A DNA stretch of 64,000 nucleotides, from NCBI GenBank assembly GCA_963818965.1, contig CAWFUG010000009.1, positions 224,001 to 288,000 on the forward strand, in the 5' to 3' direction. The position numbers and the translations under genes are program-made. The notes below the pieces were generated by a model, which searched no databases, was not told where the DNA came from, and saw nothing but the letters and a program-made list of their open reading frames with translations. Within the stretch, counting starts at the first letter, position 1; each line of letters begins with the position of its first letter. The stretch is from an uncultured Verrucomicrobiae bacterium (GTDB lineage Bacteria; Chlamydiota; Chlamydiia; Chlamydiales; Rhabdochlamydiaceae). Shown piece by piece: positions 56,664 to 64,000 of the stretch.

Positions 56664-58396
56664 AGCCGTTATTGATTCTTTTTTTCTGCCTCCCATTGGT
56701 CCTCCTTGCAGAAGAAACGGAGGAGCTTTTAAAGAAGAGGATCTATGCGCATTTGGCCATAGCGGATCGCGTCTCTGCAGTGGAAGAGGGAAAGCGGGCC
56801 TTGGAGCTCTACCCTGAGTCGAAGGGAGTGCAGCTCGCTTACATCCGCGCGCTCTCAGAAAAGGGAGATGAAATGGAGGCCTTGTCTCAGTGGCACGATT
56901 TTTTAAAGCTATTCGATGAAGAGAAAAGCAATCGACGCATTTTGGAGACGTTGGCATGGGGTGTATTGAACAAGGCGGAAGAGTCGTCGCAGCTCAATGT
57001 GCGGCTCTGTGGGCTTATCGGTGCCGCCTTGACGCGCGATGCGCGGGCGATTCCGTTTTTGTTGGGGCAATTGAGAAGTAGCAATGCGCTCTTGCGCTCG
57101 CTCGCTGTCAAGCTCGCTACCTCTTATCCCGATGCGCCGATTCAAAAGGAGATCGAGCGGCTCTTGCGCGAGGAAAAGGTGTGGTATGTCCGCATCGAGG
57201 TCATTCGGGCAGTCGGCGCCTTGCGGATAGAGGCGCTAAAGGGTAAGCTCACGGAGTTGATCTCCCACCCCCAAGCCCTCGCAGAAGAAAAGGCGGCGGC
57301 AATGATCGCCCTCGTCAATATGTATGATCATATCGACCGTGATGAGCTCCTCGCACTTGTGCAAAGCGATCGCGCGGGTTTAAGACAACTCGCAGCCGAG
57401 ATCATTACCCATCTCAATTTAAAGGGACAACTCGATTTACTCCTGCCCCTTCTAAACGACCCATCCTCAGATGTCAGAATTTCGAGTCTCAATACGCTTG
57501 CGCTCTTAAGGGTCGAGAAAATCGGTACGACATGGGTCAAAGATCTGATCCAAGAAAATGTAAGAGCAGTGGTTCCTGAGGTCGCTATTACAGCGGCGTA
57601 TGTCTTATTACTCCTCGATGAAAAGGCGGGAAGCGCTGCTTTAGAAAAGTGGCTTAAGAGCGGCGTCGGAGAATGGCGGCGCATGGCCTCTGCTGCACTT
57701 GCAGTCAGTGGAAAGTATGGCTTGCGCCTTTGCCTGAAAGAGATCGGTAGGACAGAAGATCTGTATGTGAAGGTCAATCTCGCAAAGGCCTTGATCGGCC
57801 AGCGCGTCCATGTCAAGCGCGCCTCTCAGTGCATTTACGACGTCTTTTTTAAAGAAAAAGAGACATTGTGGATGTGGGATGCAGAGCGCAACCCTCTCTT
57901 TCAGTCTCTAGCACCGAGTCGAATGAGACACACAGATCAAATCCCCAACTACCCGACCGTGGTCGATCAACTCGTCCGGCTCGATCTCTTGTCGATCCTC
58001 AGTATCGTCCGTTTTGAGGGCGCCCAAGAGGCTGTGAAGCAGTTTTTACAAATGCGCTCTTGGGGAGTAACGGGAGCCGCCGCAGCGACCCTTCTGCAGG
58101 AAGGGGATGAAGAAGGGTTGGAGGCGGTGCGTGGCTTGATTGGAGACCCTGATGAAAACATCCGCGTGCAGGCGGCATTGATCCTGGCGATCGTGGGGAG
58201 CGACCCTTCTGCGGTTAAAGTACTCCAAGAAGCCTATCCGGTCCTAGACCGAGAAATGAAAATCCACATCTTAGAAGCCCTCGCCCATATCGGAGATCCC
58301 CGTTCGATCCCCTTTCTCCTCGATATCTTAAACGAGCCGTTCCAGGTGTTGCGCGTCGTCGCGGCATCCGCCCTCATCCAGTGCCTCTACCACTAA
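56660..58396 (+). CDS. HEAT-repeat protein with signal peptide
   Basis: Repeated LL.D....VR..A..AL helical motifs; ATGA overlap with MYG1. Confidence 0.8.
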   Translation: MKPLLILFFCLPLVLLAEETEELLKKRIYAHLAIADRVSAVEEGKRALELYPESKGVQLAYIRALSEKGDEMEALSQWHDFLKLFDEEKSNRRILETLAWGVLNKAEESSQLNVRLCGLIGAALTRDARAIPFLLGQLRSSNALLRSLAVKLATSYPDAPIQKEIERLLREEKVWYVRIEVIRAVGALRIEALKGKLTELISHPQALAEEKAAAMIALVNMYDHIDRDELLALVQSDRAGLRQLAAEIITHLNLKGQLDLLLPLLNDPSSDVRISSLNTLALLRVEKIGTTWVKDLIQENVRAVVPEVAITAAYVLLLLDEKAGSAALEKWLKSGVGEWRRMASAALAVSGKYGLRLCLKEIGRTEDLYVKVNLAKALIGQRVHVKRASQCIYDVFFKEKETLWMWDAERNPLFQSLAPSRMRHTDQIPNYPTVVDQLVRLDLLSILSIVRFEGAQEAVKQFLQMRSWGVTGAAAATLLQEGDEEGLEAVRGLIGDPDENIRVQAALILAIVGSDPSAVKVLQEAYPVLDREMKIHILEALAHIGDPRSIPFLLDILNEPFQVLRVVAASALIQCLYH

Positions 58397-58411
58397 GACA
58401 CAGAGAAAAAA

Positions 58412-58485
58412 TTTCCTCTCTGTGGTTTCCCTTCTCTGTGGTTAAAATTTTTCAACCACAGAGAAGGGAAACCACAGAGAGGAAA
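58412..58485. repeat. Perfect 32-bp inverted repeat built from CACAGAG units
   Basis: TTTCCTCTCTGTGGTTTCCCTTCTCTGTGGTT-10 nt-AACCACAGAGAAGGGAAACCACAGAGAGGAAA. Confidence 0.9.
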
Positions 58486-58553
58486 GGGGATGGTACAGAG
58501 ACAAACGACTGCTGAAAAAGGCCTGGTGGTTTTCCTTCTCTCTCTCGGTTTTC

Positions 58554-59459
58554 TTATGCAAAAGCGGGAGAAATGCGTGCGCCGAGTTCGGGGATCGTGG
58601 CGCGTTGGGCTTGTTTGAAGGTGATGGGCTTTAATTTTTTGTTTTTAAAGCGGAGGAAGATTTTCGCATTGGGGTCTTTGCAGGCGTTACCGAGGGTCTG
58701 ATGTGTCGTTCCGTAAGGGGAGAAGGTATAGAGGTCTTTTGGGATCTTTTTGAATCTGGTGAAGTGGGGCGCGCGCATGAGAGCATCGATAAAAGCGGTC
58801 GCTGTCTTCGCTTCGAGGACCCATCTCCGAGTGCGCAGGAGCTCTTTTTGTTTTTCTTTTAGATTTTTTTCAATCTTTGTGTGCGGTTGTTTTGCATAGG
58901 AGGGTTGTATTTTACGCAGGGCTTTTGCCTGTTCTTTGGCCTTTTTTTCAAAGGAGCGGTATGCCTCGAGGAGGCAGTTGCGCTTGGCTAATAAAACTTT
59001 TAACTGATCGAAGTGTTTCGTTGCGGTGATTCCCAATTTGCTCAATTTTTTCTGTACAGATTCTTTTTTAAGAGAAGAGATAGGCTTGTAGTGGTTCTGA
59101 ATCGCTTCCATACCCTTCTTTTCATCCTGTGCCTGTGCCGCTTTTTTCATAAGGGCGTTATAAACAGCGACGGCTGCTGGCGCAGCGAGGGTAAGGGCCA
59201 GGCCGGTTACGGGTGCGTAAATGGGGCAAAAGAGAGTGACGGAGATAAAGCCGGCCAGCGCAAAGACTGTATAAGCGACGAGGGAGGCACCTGCTGCGAT
59301 TTTCCAAAGCGTGCTGGATCTTTGTGAAGAAGTGATTTGTTTCGGGTTGAGCTGTTCCCAGCAGCGATCGAGATACGTCTTTTTTTCCGGTTTTGTCGCG
59401 GGAGAGGCTGAAAAGATCTGGGGTAAATGGGATGACTGATTTTGAATTTTTGTAGTCAA
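58554..59459 (-). CDS. Inc-like protein (bilobed hydrophobic domain plus basic coiled coil)
   Basis: TTG start with AGGAG; S/T/P-rich N-terminus, about 50-aa hydrophobic stretch, Lys-rich helices. Confidence 0.55.
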   Translation of the reverse strand: MTTKIQNQSSHLPQIFSASPATKPEKKTYLDRCWEQLNPKQITSSQRSSTLWKIAAGASLVAYTVFALAGFISVTLFCPIYAPVTGLALTLAAPAAVAVYNALMKKAAQAQDEKKGMEAIQNHYKPISSLKKESVQKKLSKLGITATKHFDQLKVLLAKRNCLLEAYRSFEKKAKEQAKALRKIQPSYAKQPHTKIEKNLKEKQKELLRTRRWVLEAKTATAFIDALMRAPHFTRFKKIPKDLYTFSPYGTTHQTLGNACKDPNAKIFLRFKNKKLKPITFKQAQRATIPELGARISPAFA

Positions 59460-59527
59460 CTTAAACTCCTGCTTAATTTGCTGTAATTATACAGGAGTTC
59501 TTTTGGTAATTAAACCGTAAAAAATGA

Positions 59528-59968
59528 TTATTTCTGGTTTAAAAAATTGATGGCGTGTTTTTGCATTGTCTTGAACAGGCTGGCTAGGCCATTAGAGCGG
59601 CCAGGAGAGAGGATCGAGGGGATCCCCCATTCTTCTAGGAAGAGGGGTGGGGAGATCAGGAGAACTTCAGGAGTTTCTCCGTCGTAAATGAAGAGGAGTA
59701 GGGCGGCAAGTCCTGCTGAGATCAGAGCCTCAGAATGGGCGTGGAAGCGCATCTTCCCTTCTTCTAGTGAAGCGTGGAGATACATGATGCTCTGACAGCC
59801 GCTGACGACATTTTCTTTGAGTTTAAGTGCCTCGGGGTAAGGTTGTAGCAGCTTGCTGAGCTCGATGATTTTCTCGTAGCGCTTTTCGGCTGAAGGGCAG
59901 CAACTAAACATTTTTTTCAGTTCTAACTGTTTTTCCAAGAACGTCCCTCGGTGGGTGGAAAAAATCAT
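59528..59968 (-). CDS. sufE: SufE family protein
   Basis: VSGCQS, SEALISAGL, LSPGRSNGL. Confidence 0.88.
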   Translation of the reverse strand: MIFSTHRGTFLEKQLELKKMFSCCPSAEKRYEKIIELSKLLQPYPEALKLKENVVSGCQSIMYLHASLEEGKMRFHAHSEALISAGLAALLLFIYDGETPEVLLISPPLFLEEWGIPSILSPGRSNGLASLFKTMQKHAINFLNQK

Positions 59969-60053
59969 TTCAGCCTCGTTTTAGAAGGCTATTATAATCT
60001 GGTTGACATTTTGAGGGAAATGCTGTTTCATAAGGTCTGAATTTTTGTATAAG

Positions 60054-60216
60054 AACTTAATCCCAGTAAAATTTTTCGTCGATTTTCGGGGTTCTTTTGG
60101 TGAATTTTCATTTCAAATTCGGGGGCCTGTAGGTAGTGGATATTACCTCTGAATTTGAAACGGAAATTGGCTCAAAAAAAACGAAAATCGACTGAAACTT
60201 TTTACTGGGATAGGTT
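60054..60216. repeat. About 160-bp imperfect palindrome upstream of infA
   Basis: TCCCAGTAAAA..GTCGATTTTCG..TTTCAAATTC / GAATTTGAAA..CGAAAATCGAC..TTTTACTGGGA. Confidence 0.8.
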
Positions 60217-60238
60217 TAAACCTCAAGTCTAATTAAGT

Positions 60239-60457
60239 ATGCCGAAAGAAGACACGATTAAAATCGACGGGACCGTGGAAGAGCTCCTTCCCAACATGAC
60301 ATTCCGCGTCGTTTTGGAAAATGGGATGAAGGTGCTCGCTCACCTTTGTGGAAAAATGAGGATGCGCAACATTCGGGTTCTCGTTGGAGATATCGTGACA
60401 GTCGAGATGTCTCCTTACGACCTTTCGAAGGCGCGTATCGTTTATCGGCAGAGATAA
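60239..60457 (+). CDS. infA: Translation initiation factor IF-1
   Basis: [20 protein letters not shown]. Confidence 0.97.
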   Translation: MPKEDTIKIDGTVEELLPNMTFRVVLENGMKVLAHLCGKMRMRNIRVLVGDIVTVEMSPYDLSKARIVYRQR

Positions 60458-60565
60458 AAAAGAGTTCTTCGCGGTTTTTGGTTGAAAATATTTAGCCTCG
60501 AGAATAAACTTGGCTGCTTTCGACCAGATAGGATGAATGAGTCTCTAAAATTTTATTGCGCAAGT

Positions 60566-60637
60566 GCCCAGATAGCTCAGTGGTAGAGCATTTGCATGGT
60601 AAGCAAAAGGTCGAAGGTTCGATTCCTTTTCTGGGCA
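60566..60637 (+). tRNA. tRNA-Thr(GGT)
   Basis: Cloverleaf, anticodon arm TTTGC-ATGGTAA-GCAAA, GGTTCGATTCC. Confidence 0.93.
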
Positions 60638-60684
60638 AGATTTAAGGAAATACAATTACAAAGTGGAGCCACACGGAGGAAGTA

Positions 60685-61869
60685 ATGGCAAAAGAAGCAT
60701 TTCAGAGGACCAAACCTCACGTCAACATTGGAACGATTGGACACGTCGACCATGGTAAGACATCTTTAACAGCGGCGATTACGAAGATTTTGGCTTCAGA
60801 AGGTAAAGCCAAGTATCGCGATTACGCTTCGATCGATAACTCTCCAGAGGAAAAAGCTCGGGGGATTACGATCAACTCTTCACATGTCGAGTATGAAACG
60901 GCTGCACGCCACTATGCTCACGTCGACTGCCCTGGCCACGCCGACTATGTGAAAAACATGATTACCGGTGCCGCTCAGATGGACGGTGCGATTCTCGTCG
61001 TCGCCGCGACAGACGGTGCGATGCCTCAGACGAAAGAGCACATCTTGCTCGCACGTCAAGTCGGCGTTCCTGCGATTGTCGTCTTCTTGAACAAGATGGA
61101 TATGATCGGCAAGGGCGACGAAGAACTCGTTGATCTCGTCGAGATGGAGCTCCAAGAGCTTCTCGAAGCGAAAGGGTATAAGGATGTACCGATCATCCGC
61201 GGTTCTGCGTTGAAGGCGCTGGAAGGAGATCCTCAGTACGTCGAGAGCATCAAAGAATTGATGCGAGTCGTTGATGAGAAGATCCCAACGCCTGTGCGCG
61301 AAATCGATAAGCCTTTCTTGATGCCTGTTGAGGACGTTTTCTCGATCTCAGGACGAGGAACGGTAGCGACGGGTCGCGTCGAACGCGGTAGAGTAAAAGT
61401 CAACGATAAGCTCCAACTCATCGGAATTCGCGACACGCGCGAGATCGTCGTTACAGGTCTTGAGATGTTCAACAAGATCCTCGATGAAGCGCAAGCGGGA
61501 GAGAATGTCGGCGTCTTGGTGCGCGGTGTGGAGAAGAAAGATATCGAGCGCGGAATGGTTCTTGCAGCTCCAGGGACTTGTAATCCTCACACGAAATTTA
61601 AAGGGACGATCTACGTTCTGACGAAAGAAGAAGGTGGACGTCATAAGCCGTTCTTCACTGGATACCGGCCTCAATTCTATTTCCGTACGACGGACGTAAC
61701 AGGAACTGTTACACTTCCTGCGGGAACGGAGATGGTGATGCCAGGGGACAACGTCGAACTGGAAGCGGAATTGATCCATCCGATTGCTATGGAAGAAGGA
61801 ATGAGATTTGCGATTCGAGAAGGCGGAAGAACGATCGGAGCCGGAACCGTATCAAAGATCATCAAGTAA
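60685..61869 (+). CDS. tuf: Elongation factor Tu
   Basis: [25 protein letters not shown]. Confidence 0.99.
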   Translation: MAKEAFQRTKPHVNIGTIGHVDHGKTSLTAAITKILASEGKAKYRDYASIDNSPEEKARGITINSSHVEYETAARHYAHVDCPGHADYVKNMITGAAQMDGAILVVAATDGAMPQTKEHILLARQVGVPAIVVFLNKMDMIGKGDEELVDLVEMELQELLEAKGYKDVPIIRGSALKALEGDPQYVESIKELMRVVDEKIPTPVREIDKPFLMPVEDVFSISGRGTVATGRVERGRVKVNDKLQLIGIRDTREIVVTGLEMFNKILDEAQAGENVGVLVRGVEKKDIERGMVLAAPGTCNPHTKFKGTIYVLTKEEGGRHKPFFTGYRPQFYFRTTDVTGTVTLPAGTEMVMPGDNVELEAELIHPIAMEEGMRFAIREGGRTIGAGTVSKIIK

Positions 61870-61889
61870 CCTCAGTTGGTTGGGGGCAA

Positions 61890-61920
61890 GAGCTCTGTTT
61901 TTTTGAGCAGAGCTCTTTTA
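61890..61920 (+). terminator. Hairpin after tuf
   Basis: AGAGCTCTG...CAGAGCTCT followed by TTT. Confidence 0.5.
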
Positions 61921-61930
61921 TTTGTAAGGT

Positions 61931-62003
61931 GGGTGTGTAGCTCAGTTGGTAGAGCAGCGATCTCCAAAGTCGCCGGTCGGGGGTTCGAATCCCTCCGCAC
62001 TCG
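61931..62003 (+). tRNA. tRNA-Trp(CCA)
   Basis: Cloverleaf, anticodon arm GCGAT-CTCCAAA-GTCGC. Confidence 0.93.
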
Positions 62004-62064
62004 ATGTCGGAGTATGCTGTATTTGGATGCAGTATAAATTTCTCTCTAAGGGGAAGAACGCTTT

Positions 62065-62340
62065 ATGTGTGCTATGGATACAAAGCTCGGTCAGTCTCGC
62101 GTAAGTTTCGATGCTTCTCAGCGACAAGTGAGAAAGCAGAGATCCTTCTTTCGTTTTCTTCAAGAGTTGAAGGAAGAGCTTAAGAAGGTGAGTTGGACGA
62201 CAAAGGCGGAGCTTCAGCTTTCGACTAAAGTGGTGATTTGTGCGGTATTTATTCTCGGACTTGGGATCTATTTGGTGGATCTCATCGTGAAGTCGGGGTT
62301 GGATCTGATCGCACAGGTAGTGCGTTTTATATTTGGATAA
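62065..62340 (+). CDS. secE: Preprotein translocase subunit SecE
   Basis: ELKKVSW motif plus TM helix; between tRNA-Trp and nusG; alternative start 62074. Confidence 0.9.
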   Translation: MCAMDTKLGQSRVSFDASQRQVRKQRSFFRFLQELKEELKKVSWTTKAELQLSTKVVICAVFILGLGIYLVDLIVKSGLDLIAQVVRFIFG

Positions 62341-62357
62341 TTCGGGTTTGAGGCCGT

Positions 62358-62906
62358 ATGCATAAATGGTACGTCGTCCAGGTGATATCTGGCCAGGAAA
62401 AAAAGGCGAAAAAGGCGATTGAAGAAAATCGCGAATCGAAGGGAATGGAAGAATTAGTCGACTCCGTTCTCGTTCCGACGGAAAATATCGCCGAGGTGAA
62501 AGGTGGACAGCACAAGGTCAGCGAGAAAAAGTTGTGGCCAGGGTATATCCTCGTCAAGATGAACCTGACGGACGATTCCTGGATGTATGTGCGCAACACG
62601 AACGGCGTCTTGGGGTTTTTAGGAGGAGAGAAACCAGCTCCTTTGACTCAAGCGGAAGTGGATGCCATTCTCTCCGATCTCGAAGAGAAGAAAAAGGGCG
62701 TGGTGCAGAAACACAATATCACATCGGGCGATCGAGTCAAGATTATAGATGGAGTGTTCATCAATTTTATCGGAACGGTACAAGAAGTCTTCCACGATAA
62801 AGGACGCTTAAGTGTGCTCGTTTCCATCTTTGGACGAGAGACCCGCGTAGATGATCTCGAATTCTGGCAAGTCGAGCAAGTTTCAGCAGAAACAGAAGTC
62901 TCGTAA
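62358..62906 (+). CDS. nusG: Transcription factor NusG
   Basis: WYVVQV.SG.E, PGYILV, KOW domain, IFGRET. Confidence 0.97.
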   Translation: MHKWYVVQVISGQEKKAKKAIEENRESKGMEELVDSVLVPTENIAEVKGGQHKVSEKKLWPGYILVKMNLTDDSWMYVRNTNGVLGFLGGEKPAPLTQAEVDAILSDLEEKKKGVVQKHNITSGDRVKIIDGVFINFIGTVQEVFHDKGRLSVLVSIFGRETRVDDLEFWQVEQVSAETEVS

Positions 62907-62974
62907 AATTAGGTAACAGAAACGGAAGTTTCTTAAAATTGGGCAACAGAAACGGAAGTTTCTTACAATTGGAC
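62885..62974 (+). repeat. Three tandem 30-bp units derived from the nusG 3' end
   Basis: AGCAGAAACAGAAGTCTCGTAAAATTAGGT / AACAGAAACGGAAGTTTCTTAAAATTGGGC / AACAGAAACGGAAGTTTCTTACAATTGGAC. Confidence 0.88.
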
Positions 62975-62981
62975 AAGTAAA

Positions 62982-63410
62982 ATGGCAAAAAAGATCGTCA
63001 AAGTCATTAAATTGCAAATCCCAGCAGGTAAGGCGAATCCTGCTCCACCCATCGGACCAGCTTTGGGCGGTGCTGGAATCAACATTATGGGGTTTTGCAA
63101 AGAATTTAATGCAAAGACACAAGATAGGGCAGGGGATATTCTGCCTGTTGAAATTTTTGTGTATCAGGATAAAACTTTTTCATTTGTCACCAAGCAACCT
63201 CCTGTATCTCGCATGATTCTCAAAGAAGTGGGGATAGAGAAAGGTTCTAAAGTGCCAAACCGGGATAAAGTCGGAAAACTGACGAAATCCCAAGTGAAGA
63301 AGATTGTGCAAAACAAGCTCTCAGACATGCGTGTCGAATCTGAAGAAGCAGCAATGATGCTGGTCATGGGTACGGCGCGTTCTATGGGAATTGACATTAT
63401 TGAAGGATAA
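62982..63410 (+). CDS. rplK: 50S ribosomal protein L11
   Basis: [29 protein letters not shown]. Confidence 0.98.
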   Translation: MAKKIVKVIKLQIPAGKANPAPPIGPALGGAGINIMGFCKEFNAKTQDRAGDILPVEIFVYQDKTFSFVTKQPPVSRMILKEVGIEKGSKVPNRDKVGKLTKSQVKKIVQNKLSDMRVESEEAAMMLVMGTARSMGIDIIEG

Positions 63411-63416
63411 AGGGAA

Positions 63417-64000
63417 ATGCATCGAAGCAAAAGATTTCGGGAGATAGCCAAATTGATCGACGAGACTAAGGTCTATTCGATTGAAGAAGCTATCGAGGTT
63501 TTACAGAAGTGTCCGCCGGTGAAGTTTGACCAATCGGTGGAGATATCACTATCTACAGGCATCGATGCCCAAAAATCAGACCAGCAAGTGCGCGGGACTG
63601 TGTCATTACCGAATGGCTCAGGAAAGCGCATGATCCTCGTCGTCTTCGCAAGAGGCGATAAAGTGAAAGAGGCATTAGAAGCGGGTGCTGATTATGTTGG
63701 GAATGACGATCTTTTAGAAAAGATCAAAGCAGGGTGGACAGATTTTAACGCTGTGATTGCGACCCCTGACATGATGCGTGATGTAGGTAAACTGGGAAAA
63801 ATTTTAGGGCCACGGGGGTTGATGCCAACACCGAAGGCAGGAACTGTCACTGCAGACGTCGCGAAAGCGATTGCTGATGTCAAGGGAGGAAAAATCGAGT
63901 TTAAATCGGATAAGCACGGGGTGATCAATAGCCTCGTCGGAAAACTCTCCTTTGAAGCTAAAAAACTCATGGAAAATATCGTCTCTGTTTTGTCTGCGAT
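63417..64000 (+). CDS. rplA: 50S ribosomal protein L1, partial (runs off the window)
   Basis: MHRSKRF...KFDQSVE...[13 protein letters not shown]...[11 protein letters not shown]. Confidence 0.95.
   Translation, partial: MHRSKRFREIAKLIDETKVYSIEEAIEVLQKCPPVKFDQSVEISLSTGIDAQKSDQQVRGTVSLPNGSGKRMILVVFARGDKVKEALEAGADYVGNDDLLEKIKAGWTDFNAVIATPDMMRDVGKLGKILGPRGLMPTPKAGTVTADVAKAIADVKGGKIEFKSDKHGVINSLVGKLSFEAKKLMENIVSVLSA

Noticed and set aside
62885..62974. 30-bp repeats as a CRISPR array
   Set aside because: Units are contiguous with no unique spacers and derive from the nusG end.
62358..63410. nusG-rplK read-through fusion
   Set aside because: In frame, but three stop codons intervene.

Overview
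Chromosomal segment of an environmental member of the phylum Chlamydiota. This is inferred from the infA-tRNA-Thr-tuf-tRNA-Trp-secE-nusG-rplK-rplA order, the DUF1207, LOG-domain and MYG1 genes, four Lpg1974/MOMP-like porin paralogs and an Inc-like protein. Bases 1-40.6 kb are an accessory patchwork of transporters, enzymes with signal peptides, porins, PolX, photolyase and a frameshifted GH63. It is peppered with palindromic intergenic elements and a MITE that has IS903-like ends and a perfect 9-bp target duplication. Bases 40.7-51.7 kb are a 10,975-bp integrative island in a tRNA(CAT). It carries a tyrosine integrase, a coupled PD-(D/E)XK nuclease-SNF2 helicase-HEPN-like-type III Mod operon truncated by an IS5/IS903-group element, and an AbiE-like toxin-antitoxin pair. 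Bases 51.8-64 kb are mostly core genome. The most notable signals not in the ORF track are: (1) a 42-codon His-rich leader ORF between a consensus promoter and a polar amino-acid ABC importer (candidate histidine attenuator); (2) a small Cys-rich lipoprotein ORF; (3) the modular palindrome/MITE families. Also notable are the defence operon, a pentein (deiminase-fold) candidate effector, and secreted proteins with an IPI-dibasic motif and variable tails beside an aspartic protease. All assignments come from motif recognition by eye; no searches were run.
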